From an uncultured Lachnospiraceae bacterium (GTDB lineage: Bacteria > Bacillota > Clostridia > Lachnospirales > Lachnospiraceae), in the NCBI GenBank assembly GCA_937950565.1, contig CALFCS010000190.1:1048-65047 (forward strand): DNA of 64,000 bases, given 5' to 3'. Numbering within the stretch: position 1 is the first letter of the stretch; the number at the start of each line of letters is the position of its first letter. Below, in pieces: positions 43,444-52,580 of this stretch. Under the pieces are notes generated by a model. The model did not search any database. It was not told where the DNA came from and was given only the letters and a program-made list of their open reading frames with translations. Both the position numbers and the translations under genes were made by a program.

Positions 43444-43642
43444 TTTTCATCCTCCTCTTTTGATTTTTTATAATAAGCTAATATTGACAATATCAATCAT
43501 TTCCTTTTCTTTCATTCACTGTCAGTGGAAATTTTTTCCAATCATCTTGCACAACATGGCACCCACAGATATAATAAAAACAGTTCCGGCAGGGATGGCG
43601 AATGAAATTTCAACTGCCGGATTTACACAGGAGGATAAACAG

Positions 43643-44080
43643 ATGGCATTAAGCACAGATGATATAGATGAACTTTTTCAAAACGGGGTGACGCCCACAG
43701 AACAGGAAATTGACTTTAATCAAAATGCAGAGCAGGACCGGAATAAAATCTGGCATGATATTAAAGCATCCGGATACAGTATGAACCGGTTTGCTGATGA
43801 ATGTTATCTGCAACATTCTCATTTATATGATTTTCTAAATGGAAAAAAGCAATTAAGCCGGGACAGGCTTTTAGTCGTATTTTTAAATCTTAACTACAGC
43901 TATAGTGATATATGCCGGATGTTCCGCCATTTTCACCAGCCACAGCTTTATCCAAAGGATAAACGGGATTACCTGATTATGAGTTGTATTCAGAAATGTC
44001 TGGCCATTGACGACATTAACCAGGAATTAGAAAGGAGCGGCTTTACCAGCTTATGTCCGGAAAAATCGAACAAACAATAG
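43643..44080 (+). CDS. Small XRE-like HTH protein
   Basis: Start set at the ATG with an AGGAGG RBS 8 nt upstream. HTH-like SGYSMNRFADECYLQHSHLYDFLNGKKQLSRDRLLVVF. Confidence 0.55.
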   Translation: MALSTDDIDELFQNGVTPTEQEIDFNQNAEQDRNKIWHDIKASGYSMNRFADECYLQHSHLYDFLNGKKQLSRDRLLVVFLNLNYSYSDICRMFRHFHQPQLYPKDKRDYLIMSCIQKCLAIDDINQELERSGFTSLCPEKSNKQ

Positions 44081-45300
44081 ACCAATATTTTCTTCCCCGT
44101 GAATTACTTGCAAAAAACAGAAAATCTGATGGGAAGTTCTATCATACCTGGAAAGCATGCCTGAAGAGGGAATACTGGCCGCAGGGGCAGCCTTTTTATG
44201 CAGTTATCAAAGAAATACCGAAGGCTCACCAGGATATTTACCGTACCCTGTCTTCTCTATCACATCCCAATCTGGAGAAAATTTATCATATCATAGAAGA
44301 TGAGGACTGCTGCTGTACTGTTAATGAATATATCATGCCGCCTTCCCGGCTGTTCACAGCCCGGACTACGGATTCATTTTGTCATGATTCTTCTCTTTCG
44401 CTGGAGCAGTTTCTGCATGATTACCAGGGAAGCTTATATGGAAAAGTTCTATCCTTTGAAGAACGGATCCGCCAGGGGCTTATCATTCTCCTGCAGCTTA
44501 CGGAGGCTTTGGAGGTTCTCCATGCACACAGACTAATTCACGGAGATATCCACCCCGGCAACATTCTTTTGACAAATGTCCCGGCCGGATATCAGCTCTC
44601 CCGTACTGTTCCCTGTGATTTTTGTGTGAAGCTTATTGACTTTGATAATACCGCTGCCCCAAAGGAAGCAGACCACATGGTGACCAGACTGATGGGTTCC
44701 AAACCATTTGCCGCGCCGGAGATTCTCGACTTCTCCCACCCGCTGGATAAGTCCGATATTTATTCACTTGGCTGCATTCTCCACTATACAATCTGTGGGG
44801 AATCCCCAAAAAGCCGTGGACTGAATCAACAGCTCCTTCAAAACAAATGGATAAACCGCATCATCCGGCGCTGCACCGCCAGCTACGAAGCAAGATACCG
44901 GAACATCACCGCATTAAAAAAAGACCTTTTACAGGCATTACGGATTCCTTCTACCCCATTTACCAGAGTTTTATATAAAATCCCTGGTTTCCGCAGCCAC
45001 ACCCCGTGGAAAATGGGCGTTGCTTCCTATATTTATTTCTCATTGATTTTAACAGCTACAGTGACTTTTATATCTATCATCCAGGAAGGACTGCCCTTAC
45101 AGGAATGGCAGAAATTAAATCTGTATACCATACTACTTTTTATCATAGAAATTATAATACTGACGGATGCATTTCAGACAGGGAGGCATTCTTCCTCCTA
45201 CCATTACTTTAAAAACTCCCACATGTTTCTGCATATCTGTCTGAAAATAATAGCGGCGATATTTGTTTTCCTTTTATTTGCACTGCTGATATCGCTTTAG
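44053..45300 (+). CDS. Atypical protein-kinase-like protein with C-terminal TM segments
   Basis: Catalytic-loop-like LIHGDIHPGNILL, LIDFDNT and PFAAPE, with AVIKEI for the VAIK Lys. No clear Gly-rich loop is present. It has 3-4 C-terminal hydrophobic segments and overlaps the HTH gene by 28 nt. Confidence 0.6.
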   Translation: MSGKIEQTIDQYFLPRELLAKNRKSDGKFYHTWKACLKREYWPQGQPFYAVIKEIPKAHQDIYRTLSSLSHPNLEKIYHIIEDEDCCCTVNEYIMPPSRLFTARTTDSFCHDSSLSLEQFLHDYQGSLYGKVLSFEERIRQGLIILLQLTEALEVLHAHRLIHGDIHPGNILLTNVPAGYQLSRTVPCDFCVKLIDFDNTAAPKEADHMVTRLMGSKPFAAPEILDFSHPLDKSDIYSLGCILHYTICGESPKSRGLNQQLLQNKWINRIIRRCTASYEARYRNITALKKDLLQALRIPSTPFTRVLYKIPGFRSHTPWKMGVASYIYFSLILTATVTFISIIQEGLPLQEWQKLNLYTILLFIIEIIILTDAFQTGRHSSSYHYFKNSHMFLHICLKIIAAIFVFLLFALLISL

Positions 45301-45322
45301 AAACGAAGTTTTCGTATATAAC

Positions 45323-45367
45323 AAAAAATGTTCTTTGCAATGGCTTACCACCGCAAAGAACATTTTT
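45323..45367. terminator. Bidirectional Rho-independent terminator between convergent genes
   Basis: Stem AATGTTCTTTGC ... GCAAAGAACATT (12 bp), flanked by A6 and T5. Confidence 0.75.
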
Positions 45368-45389
45368 ATCATACACATTTTCCTTTTTA

Positions 45390-46250
45390 TTATAATTCTA
45401 ATTTTACATCCTTTTTGTATTTCTCTGTGTAAGCATCCTGCAGAATCTTCAGATTCTTTGGATCCTTACCACCTACCGGCTGACCGTCCAGCTCAACTGC
45501 CTGAATACACAAGCCACCGGAACTGCTGACGATAATCTCATCTGCCGCTTTCAGCTCTTCCATCGTAAATGGCTCCTCTTTCACCGGAATCCCATTCTCC
45601 ACTGCAAGCTCCAGAAGATGCTTCAATGTAATTCCCGGCAGAATCAGGTTATCTCTTGGCGGTGTACATAAAACACCATCCTTGATCATCAGAATATTAC
45701 TGTGAGCACACTCTGTCACCCTCTCGCCCCTGTGGAATACCGTTTCCTGGCATCCCTGCTCGATGCAGCGCTGATAAGCAATCACGCTTGGAATCAGATT
45801 CAGCGTCTTAATATTGCAGTGAAGGAAACGAGTATCCTCCATGGAAATCAACCGCATGGTAGAATCCATAGGAAGCAGTTCACAAGGAACCGTATAAATC
45901 ATCAGATTAGGCTTCACATCCTCCGGCAGGAAATTATGCTGGCGGAAGCCCGTTCCTCTGGAACACTGCCAATACAGCATACCGTGATCCATTTCATTCA
46001 TATCAATACACTTCTGCAATGCCTCTCGAAGCTCTTCTCTTGGCATATCGAAAGGAATCTCAAGCAGCTTGCAACTGTTATAAAACCGGTCCAGATGATC
46101 CTCTGCCGCAAAAATATGATTATTCGCAAAGGTAGTTGCATCGTAACAGCCATCTCCAAAATAAACGGCACGGTCGAGCATCGGAATCTTCATTTCCCGC
46201 AAATCTCCAATTTCTCCATTATAATATCCTACATATTGCATATTATTCAC
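45390..46250 (-). CDS. Class IV (D-amino-acid/branched-chain) aminotransferase
   Basis: 286 aa. YYNGEIGDLREMKIPMLDRAVYFGDGCYD and the overall length and layout fit fold-type IV PLP enzymes. Confidence 0.7.
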   Translation of the reverse strand: MNNMQYVGYYNGEIGDLREMKIPMLDRAVYFGDGCYDATTFANNHIFAAEDHLDRFYNSCKLLEIPFDMPREELREALQKCIDMNEMDHGMLYWQCSRGTGFRQHNFLPEDVKPNLMIYTVPCELLPMDSTMRLISMEDTRFLHCNIKTLNLIPSVIAYQRCIEQGCQETVFHRGERVTECAHSNILMIKDGVLCTPPRDNLILPGITLKHLLELAVENGIPVKEEPFTMEELKAADEIIVSSSGGLCIQAVELDGQPVGGKDPKNLKILQDAYTEKYKKDVKLEL

Positions 46251-47391
46251 CCCTGTTTTTATATTTTATAATCTTATATCCACCGATAAGAAGCGTTGGC
46301 AACAGATAGAACAGGATAAAGCCGTAGGACAATACAGAGTAACCTTTTTCAATCAAAGTAACCACGCCAATCCTGGAAAGAATCAGGGCCGCTACAAGAG
46401 TTATCACGGTCACCATGCCACGCTTGCTGTCTGTCAGTCTCTCATGTCCCTTCTCTTCGAGCGCTACGTCAAAACGGTCAATAATCATATGAATACAGCC
46501 CGTAGCTGTCTCCACAAGCGTCCAGCCCATAACCACGCTGAAAAGCACCATCAAAGGTACGCCGCCGTGAATTGCCTTAATCATCTCCATCCATGGAGTC
46601 GCCACATCCGCACCTACAATCGTAGTATCTCCATAGAAACACATCATGGCAAAATAAGATAGAAACCACGGAATCGTCATTAAAAGTCCCGCAACCAGTC
46701 CGGAAACCACTGTCTCTTTCCTCTTCTTCTGTCTCGTCAGCGAGAACATTCCCATCGGAATCGCATTAATATTATACGCCACATACAGGATACCTGTCCA
46801 GATACAAAGCCCAATTGTTACACGCCCGTCATAAGCGCTGGTATCCATATTTGCAAAAACCGTAGAAATATTGCCACCCTTATTCACCAATACAAGAATG
46901 GTAAATAAAATATATCCTCCATACAGCAATATTGTTCCAATCGTCTCAAATTTCTCGATAATCGCAGAACCCTTGAAGTTCAAAAGTCCGCAAAGCAGGA
47001 CAATAACTACAGAACCAAGAATATTCGGAAGCCCTACCTGTTCAAAAATACTTCCCGTAGCCGCCGCCATTACGGCGATCAGCATAATGGCAATCAATAC
47101 CGTTAACACATCCATTACCGGCCATAACGGTCCGATGACCTTCTTAATATAATTTTTGTAATCATATACCTTGTAAATTCTACAGATTTCAAAAGTTAAA
47201 AATGCAAACAGCGCAAATCCAATCCCTATTGTAAGACCGGAAATCCAGCCATAGGCTCCGAATTTTGCTCCATAAGAATAAATCTCTCTTCCTGTCGCAT
47301 AACCGCCGCCAATCAACACCGACTGCAGCAGGACACCCGGCAAAATATACCTGGCATAAGTACCCTCGTAAAATTTCTTTAATTTTCCCAT
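46243..47391 (-). CDS. YkvI-like polytopic membrane transporter
   Basis: 382 aa with about 11 hydrophobic segments. The N-terminus is LLQSVLIGGGYATGREIYSY. It overlaps the aminotransferase start by 8 nt. Confidence 0.55.
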   Translation of the reverse strand: MGKLKKFYEGTYARYILPGVLLQSVLIGGGYATGREIYSYGAKFGAYGWISGLTIGIGFALFAFLTFEICRIYKVYDYKNYIKKVIGPLWPVMDVLTVLIAIMLIAVMAAATGSIFEQVGLPNILGSVVIVLLCGLLNFKGSAIIEKFETIGTILLYGGYILFTILVLVNKGGNISTVFANMDTSAYDGRVTIGLCIWTGILYVAYNINAIPMGMFSLTRQKKRKETVVSGLVAGLLMTIPWFLSYFAMMCFYGDTTIVGADVATPWMEMIKAIHGGVPLMVLFSVVMGWTLVETATGCIHMIIDRFDVALEEKGHERLTDSKRGMVTVITLVAALILSRIGVVTLIEKGYSVLSYGFILFYLLPTLLIGGYKIIKYKNRGE

Positions 47392-47557
47392 TGTATCCTC
47401 CTCATTCTCATTCGTATTCTCCTGGTGTTTGAATCACCATGAAATTTATTATATCAGCGGGGAAAAAAAGTTGCCAATTCATATATCCTATTTTATAATT
47501 AACTAAAACTTATTACCAAATATCACTTAAGGTCAAAATACCGGAAATGAGGAAATT

Positions 47558-48460
47558 ATGAATTTCAGACAATTAGAATATTTTGTAGCAGTGGCAGAGC
47601 TGCTCAATTTTACAAAAGCAGCAAAAAAATGCTACATTTCACAGACTGCCATGTCACTGCAGATACAATCTCTGGAGGAAAAAGTAGGCGTCCCTCTGTT
47701 CCTCAGAGATAAACACCATGTAGAATTAACGGCAGCCGGAAAAATATACTACCAGGAGTGTAAGGCAATCCTTTCCCGTCTGGAGGATGCTACCAAGTTA
47801 GCCCTCACTGCATCGGAAGGCTTCAGCGGTACACTTCACATCGGCTTCATCCGGGGCTATGAGTACAGCCATCTCTCCGGAATCCTGAAAAATTTCCATT
47901 CCCTGTACCCGAATATCTCTCTCCGCTTCACACGGGATAACATGAGCGCCCTTTATACAGCACTCGAAGAAGGAAAATGTGATATCATCTATAATCTCTC
48001 TACCTATTCTCGTCCTCATCCGGAAACTGTCTGCCAATACTTTCTGAAAGAATATCCGCTCCTGGCAGTCATGTCTACGGAACACCCCTTTGCCAGCCGC
48101 TTTACCCTGACCTACCGGGATCTCAAGGATTCACATTTTGTAATTATGCAGCCGGAAGGCCGCCCCATCGAAGAGACGGAAGAAGCGCTGCTCTGTTACC
48201 ATCGGGGAGGCTTCTTTCCTCATATCGTCAGCTGGGAACGGGAGGTTCATCTGGTCATCCTGGAGGCTTCCATCGGCGCGGGTATTGCAATTCTACCCGA
48301 ATATGCCCTGCGCCTTTACCGGAATACAGAGAATCTTTCCATCCTTCCCCTCGTAAAACAGGACGGCTCCGCTGAGACAGTAAATTTTGCCCTCAGCTGG
48401 AAAACAAACCACAGCAATCCTGCCATTGACAAATATCTGGAATGGCTTCAAATCCGATAG
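47558..48460 (+). CDS. LysR-family transcriptional regulator, divergent from the transporter/aminotransferase operon
   Basis: The N-terminus MNFRQLEYFVAVAELLNFTKAAKKCYISQTAMSLQIQSLEE is the canonical LysR HTH. 300 aa. Confidence 0.9.
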   Translation: MNFRQLEYFVAVAELLNFTKAAKKCYISQTAMSLQIQSLEEKVGVPLFLRDKHHVELTAAGKIYYQECKAILSRLEDATKLALTASEGFSGTLHIGFIRGYEYSHLSGILKNFHSLYPNISLRFTRDNMSALYTALEEGKCDIIYNLSTYSRPHPETVCQYFLKEYPLLAVMSTEHPFASRFTLTYRDLKDSHFVIMQPEGRPIEETEEALLCYHRGGFFPHIVSWEREVHLVILEASIGAGIAILPEYALRLYRNTENLSILPLVKQDGSAETVNFALSWKTNHSNPAIDKYLEWLQIR

Positions 48461-48542
48461 TTGCTGTACAAATACAGAAATGATATATTATAAATAGTGC
48501 TATATTTTTTTACAATGCAATATGTAATAAGGAGGGAAGCAA

Positions 48543-51500
48543 ATGAAAAAGAAAATAATAGCTTTTGCAACGGTTCTTGCATTGATTCTGCAACCGGTCA
48601 TACTGCCGGAATCACATGTGCAGGCCGCGGAAGGAACCTGTACCGTATATAACGGTTCTAATGCAGGGACCCAAAATTATTCCCGCTGGGCATCCCCTAT
48701 CTCTTCCTATCTTGTACCGTGTACAGATGGAAACCTGATGCGTGTCCAGGGAGATGCTTTGGAAAACGATATTCTGGTAGAATATTATGACAGCGCATAT
48801 AATTTAAAGAGTACAAAGACCATTGCCGGGGAACTTCCGTTATTTGGAGGATTTTATGCATCTGACACGAATTATTATCTGCTTACAGGACAGCAGAACA
48901 GCGCGGAATCTGCCGATGTTGAGGTATACCGGATTACGAAATACGACAAAAACTGGAACCGTCTTGGTTCTGCCGGGCTTTATGACTGTAATACAACCAT
49001 ACCTTTTGATGCCGGCTCCGCCCGGATGGATATGTATGGGAAATATCTATTTGTCCGGACCTGCCATGAGATGTATGCATCCGATGACGGATACAATCAT
49101 CAGGCAAATGTGACAATACAGATAGACACGGAGACGATGACCATCACAGACTCTTATACAGATATAATGAATGTGAATTATGGATATGTCAGCCATTCCT
49201 TCAACCAATTTATAAAAGTAGAAAATGGAAAACTGGTTACTTTAGATCATGGAGATGCGCACCCGAGGTCTTTGGTATTGCTAAAATACCAGACGGATGT
49301 TACTACGGGAAAATTTGTGCCCTCCTATTATACTGGCTGCGAGCAGATAAATGTATTGGAATTCCCAGGGGCTACCGGCAATAACTCTACTGGTGCATCT
49401 GCAGGAGGATTCGAAATCTCCGGTTCTCATTATCTGGCAGCAGGAAATTCTGTTGTACAGGATGATACAAACCTGACACAAAAAACAAGAAATGTATTCG
49501 TTGCAGCAGTAGATAAAAGTACTTCTCAGGTGCAGATAAACTGGATTACTTCTTATGCAGAAGGAGAATCTACCGCTTCAACACCACAATTTGTAAAAAT
49601 AAACGACAACCGCTACATTTTGCTCTGGACAAAAGATGGTTCCGTATATTATACCGAGATTGATGGTTCCGGCAAATCCTCTGGAACCATATACAGCTTG
49701 AAGGGCAATTTATCAGACTGCGTTCCGGTTATATCCGAAAATAAGCTTATCTGGTATACATGGGATGATAAAGTGAATACCTTTTACGATATTCATTTAA
49801 ACGACCTGTCTCAATCCTCTTCTACGGTAATTGAAAATGGTCACCAATATGAGAATCTTGGTGTAGCAGATGGCTATGCAAATCTGTTATGCACACGGTG
49901 TAGGGAAAACAAACAGGAAAAAGTAATCACATCCATGATGGTACTTTGGAGAATACCAGGAACTAACTCTTATGGTCCTTCATTAGATACTGCTAAGTCT
50001 GTCGGCGATGTTGTGAATTATTGGATATATGAAACAACACCCTCTGATGCAAATTCAGAAATAGAGATTATTTCATCCGACCCGGAGAGAATAGAAGTCA
50101 ATGCTGCGAGCGAAGCGCTGATAATAAAGAAACCTGGAACCGCTTCTGTTACAATCAGCCCAAAATATAATCCGGATTATGCTTTGACATACACATTTCA
50201 TATACCTTGCGGTGATAATCATGAATGGGAGACAAAAGCCACTGCAGATAAAGAGCCGACCTGCACAGAAGCCGGAAACCAGTCCGTTCACTGCAAGAAC
50301 TGTACGGAAATAAAGGATATAGCCGAGATACCCGCTTTGGGCCATGACTGGAGCAATACACTCTCCCATGACGGAGAAAAACACTGGTACGCCTGCGGCC
50401 GGTGCGACACACGGAAAGACGAAGCCACACACAGCAGCAATACCACCCCGTGTATGCAGAAACCTGTATGTGATATCTGCGGTATTACCTATGGTAATGT
50501 AAAACAGCATGACTGGGATGCACAACCCACAGTAGATAAAGAACCGACCTGTACAGAAACCGGAAGCCAGTCTGTTCACTGTAAGAACTGTACGGAAATA
50601 AAGGATGTAACCGAGATACCGACCTTAGAACACAACTGGAGCGAAACAATTTCACACGATGCTGAGAAACACTGGTACACCTGCAGCTGGTGCGGCGAAA
50701 GAAAAGAAGAACCCCACAGCTGTAAAGAAACAAATTGTGCAGAACTTCCTATTTGTGATATCTGCGGCATTTCCTATGGCGAAATCAAAGAACACAGCTG
50801 GGATACACAAAGTACAGTAGATAAAGAGCCGACCTGCACAGAAGCTGGAAGCCAGTCCGTTCACTGCAAGAACTGTACAAAGACAAAAGACATCACCGAA
50901 ATACCCGCTCTGGGCCATGACTGGAGCAATACATTCTCCCATGATACCGAAAAACACTGGTACGCCTGCGGCCGGTGCGACACACGGAAAGACGAAGCCA
51001 CACACAGCGGAGGAACCGCAACCGAATCAGAAAAAGCCATCTGTGACGTATGCGGTGCTTCCTATGGCGAACTGCTGACACCTGATATACCGGCAGAAAG
51101 AAGATTTGTAGATGTATTGGAAGGAGACTGGTTTGAGCCTTATGTAAATTACGTAGCTGACAGAAACATCATGACAGGTCTCCGCGATAAATACTTCGGT
51201 CCATCCGAAAACATTGTCCGCGCACAGTTTGCAGTTATCCTGCACCGAATGGAAGGAACACCGGCTATCGCCTATACAGACAGATTCCCGGACGTACAGG
51301 ATGAAATATGGTACACAGATGCAATTCTCTGGGCCGCAAGCACAGGCGTAGTTACCGGCTATACAGCTACCAATTGCTTTGGTCCAAGTGATAACATTAA
51401 CCGCGAACAAATGGCAGTCATGATGTACCGCTATGCAAAATACAAAAAATATGACTTATCTGACACTGCAGATTACAGCAGCTATGAAGATGCCGCCAAT

Positions 51501-51668
51501 GTTCAGGAATACGCAAAAGAAGCTATGAGTTGGGCAGTTGGGGCAAAAATCATAACAGGAAAAACAAAACCTGGAGAGAACACTCCAACAATGCTTGATC
51601 CGCAAGGTTACGCGATTCGTGCCGAATGCGCGGCAATCATCCAAAGATTTTTAGAAAAATATAATTGA
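48543..51668 (+). CDS. Cell-surface protein: signal peptide, N-terminal beta-rich region, three Cys-rich ~95-aa repeats and three C-terminal SLH domains
   Basis: Signal peptide (FATVLALILQPVILPESHVQAAE). Repeats read DKEPTCTE.G.QSVHCKNCT..KD..EIP.L.H.WS...SHD.EKHWY.C..C. SLH-like FVDVLEGDWFEPYVNYVADRNIMTG, FPDVQDEIWYTDAILWA and AKEAMSWAVGAKIITG. Confidence 0.85.
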   Translation: MKKKIIAFATVLALILQPVILPESHVQAAEGTCTVYNGSNAGTQNYSRWASPISSYLVPCTDGNLMRVQGDALENDILVEYYDSAYNLKSTKTIAGELPLFGGFYASDTNYYLLTGQQNSAESADVEVYRITKYDKNWNRLGSAGLYDCNTTIPFDAGSARMDMYGKYLFVRTCHEMYASDDGYNHQANVTIQIDTETMTITDSYTDIMNVNYGYVSHSFNQFIKVENGKLVTLDHGDAHPRSLVLLKYQTDVTTGKFVPSYYTGCEQINVLEFPGATGNNSTGASAGGFEISGSHYLAAGNSVVQDDTNLTQKTRNVFVAAVDKSTSQVQINWITSYAEGESTASTPQFVKINDNRYILLWTKDGSVYYTEIDGSGKSSGTIYSLKGNLSDCVPVISENKLIWYTWDDKVNTFYDIHLNDLSQSSSTVIENGHQYENLGVADGYANLLCTRCRENKQEKVITSMMVLWRIPGTNSYGPSLDTAKSVGDVVNYWIYETTPSDANSEIEIISSDPERIEVNAASEALIIKKPGTASVTISPKYNPDYALTYTFHIPCGDNHEWETKATADKEPTCTEAGNQSVHCKNCTEIKDIAEIPALGHDWSNTLSHDGEKHWYACGRCDTRKDEATHSSNTTPCMQKPVCDICGITYGNVKQHDWDAQPTVDKEPTCTETGSQSVHCKNCTEIKDVTEIPTLEHNWSETISHDAEKHWYTCSWCGERKEEPHSCKETNCAELPICDICGISYGEIKEHSWDTQSTVDKEPTCTEAGSQSVHCKNCTKTKDITEIPALGHDWSNTFSHDTEKHWYACGRCDTRKDEATHSGGTATESEKAICDVCGASYGELLTPDIPAERRFVDVLEGDWFEPYVNYVADRNIMTGLRDKYFGPSENIVRAQFAVILHRMEGTPAIAYTDRFPDVQDEIWYTDAILWAASTGVVTGYTATNCFGPSDNINREQMAVMMYRYAKYKKYDLSDTADYSSYEDAANVQEYAKEAMSWAVGAKIITGKTKPGENTPTMLDPQGYAIRAECAAIIQRFLEKYN
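50215..51075 (+). repeat. Three tandem ~285-288-bp coding repeats (Cys-rich modules) within the SLH protein gene
   Basis: gataaaga(g/a)ccgacctg(c/t)acagaa recurs at about 50248, 50536 and 50821 with high nucleotide identity. Confidence 0.8.
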
Positions 51669-51684
51669 GGTATTAAGAATTATA

Positions 51685-51729
51685 AAAATAACTGCCCGGT
51701 TCGTTCAAGAACCGGGGCAGTTATTTTTT
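51685..51729 (+). terminator. Rho-independent terminator of the SLH protein gene
   Basis: ATAACTGCCCGGTTC-GTTCAA-GAACCGGGGCAGTTAT followed by a T6 run. Confidence 0.85.
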
Positions 51730-51787
51730 ATGCTTGTCTATGTAGACGGGTGACCTTTACCAATCTTGGACAAATTCCGGACAAACC

Positions 51788-51816
51788 TTGATTTTCTTAC
51801 TTCTTCATGCTATACT
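51788..51816 (+). promoter_or_regulatory. Candidate sigma-70 promoter upstream of queT (TTGATT-N17-TATACT)
   Basis: Hexamers and spacing were read directly. Confidence 0.45.
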
Positions 51817-51931
51817 CTCCCCTGTAGCAAAGCCCACGAAAACCAAGGTCTTATGGGGCTTGCCGCCGATTCCCGGCGTTATGGGAAGACATAAAAGCCG
51901 TCCACTGGAAGCCTTTTATGTCCGCTTAGGC

Positions 51932-51975
51932 GCGTGTGTTCGAGACCTTCCACACGTAAAACAAAACTAAAGGAG
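51932..51975 (+). promoter_or_regulatory. preQ1-I riboswitch aptamer overlapping the queT Shine-Dalgarno
   Basis: GUGUG-UUCGAGACCUUC-CACAC-GUAAAACAAAACUAAAGGAG mirrors the B. subtilis queC aptamer AGAGG-UUCUAGCUACAC-CCUCU-AUAAAAAACUAAGG. Both have a 5-bp P1, a 12-nt loop and an A-rich tail. The loop CCUU can pair with the AAGG of the SD. The downstream gene is QueT, a classic preQ1-regulated gene. Confidence 0.65.
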
Positions 51976-51984
51976 AGAAAAATC

Positions 51985-52473
51985 ATGAAAAACAAAAACG
52001 TCGCGTTCTTAACGCAGGCAGCTATGATTGCTGCCATCTATGTCGTGCTCACTTATGTGTTTGCACCATTTTCTTTTGGGGAAGTTCAAGTAAGAATTGC
52101 AGAAACGCTTACGATTCTTCCGGTATTCACCCCGGCTGCTGTTCCGGGACTATTCATCGGATGCTTAATTGGTAATATTTTAGGTGGCGCTATCCTTCCG
52201 GATATTATTTGCGGAAGCATCGCAACCCTGATCGGAGCTGTTTTTACATATCTGCTCCGGAAAAAAAGTCCATATCTGGCGCCGATTCCGCCAATTGCAG
52301 CAAATACTATAATCGTTCCATTTGTACTCAGATTCGGCTACGGAGTCACTCTTCCCATCCCATTTATGATGCTCACGGTAGGCATTGGGGAAGTGGTATC
52401 CTGCGGCATACTTGGACTGATTGTGTATTTTGCACTGAATCGTTACAGAAACACAGTCTTCAAGACAGCCTGA
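51985..52473 (+). CDS. queT: Queuosine-precursor transporter QueT (ECF S-component-like)
   Basis: Start at the ATG after AAAGGAGAG. The 162-aa hydrophobic protein begins MKNKNVAFLTQAAMIAAIYVVLTYVFAPFSFGEVQVRIAE. The ORF-track N-terminal extension covers the riboswitch and is rejected. Confidence 0.75.
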   Translation: MKNKNVAFLTQAAMIAAIYVVLTYVFAPFSFGEVQVRIAETLTILPVFTPAAVPGLFIGCLIGNILGGAILPDIICGSIATLIGAVFTYLLRKKSPYLAPIPPIAANTIIVPFVLRFGYGVTLPIPFMMLTVGIGEVVSCGILGLIVYFALNRYRNTVFKTA

Positions 52474-52554
52474 AACAAAGTAGTTTTATTAATAACCTGT
52501 AAAAATACAGAGCCTCCTGCCACTATCTAACCTGTGACATGAGGCTCTTCGTGG

Positions 52555-52580
52555 GAATGTACGCTGCACATTCTTTTTAT
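52555..52580 (+). terminator. Candidate Rho-independent terminator for queT
   Basis: GAATGT-ACGCTGC-ACATTC followed by TTTTTATTTT. The U-tract overlaps the stop of the convergent gene. Confidence 0.5.

Noticed and set aside
50215-51075. Regularly spaced repeats were checked as a possible CRISPR array.
   Set aside because: The period is about 285 bp, the repeats are coding and contiguous with no unique short spacers, and there are no cas genes in the window.
50073-51410. A cluster of minus-strand ORFs (50073-50579, 50155-50430, 50485-50733, 50652-51005 and 51027-51410) with mutually similar sequences.
   Set aside because: They are antisense images of the three Cys-rich coding repeats of the SLH protein. 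Their similarity to each other simply reflects the repeats.
51788-51984. ORF 51788-51970 and the N-terminal extension of ORF 51934-52473.
   Set aside because: They overlap the promoter and riboswitch leader. The RBS-supported ATG at 51985 gives a QueT protein that begins at the expected hydrophobic core.
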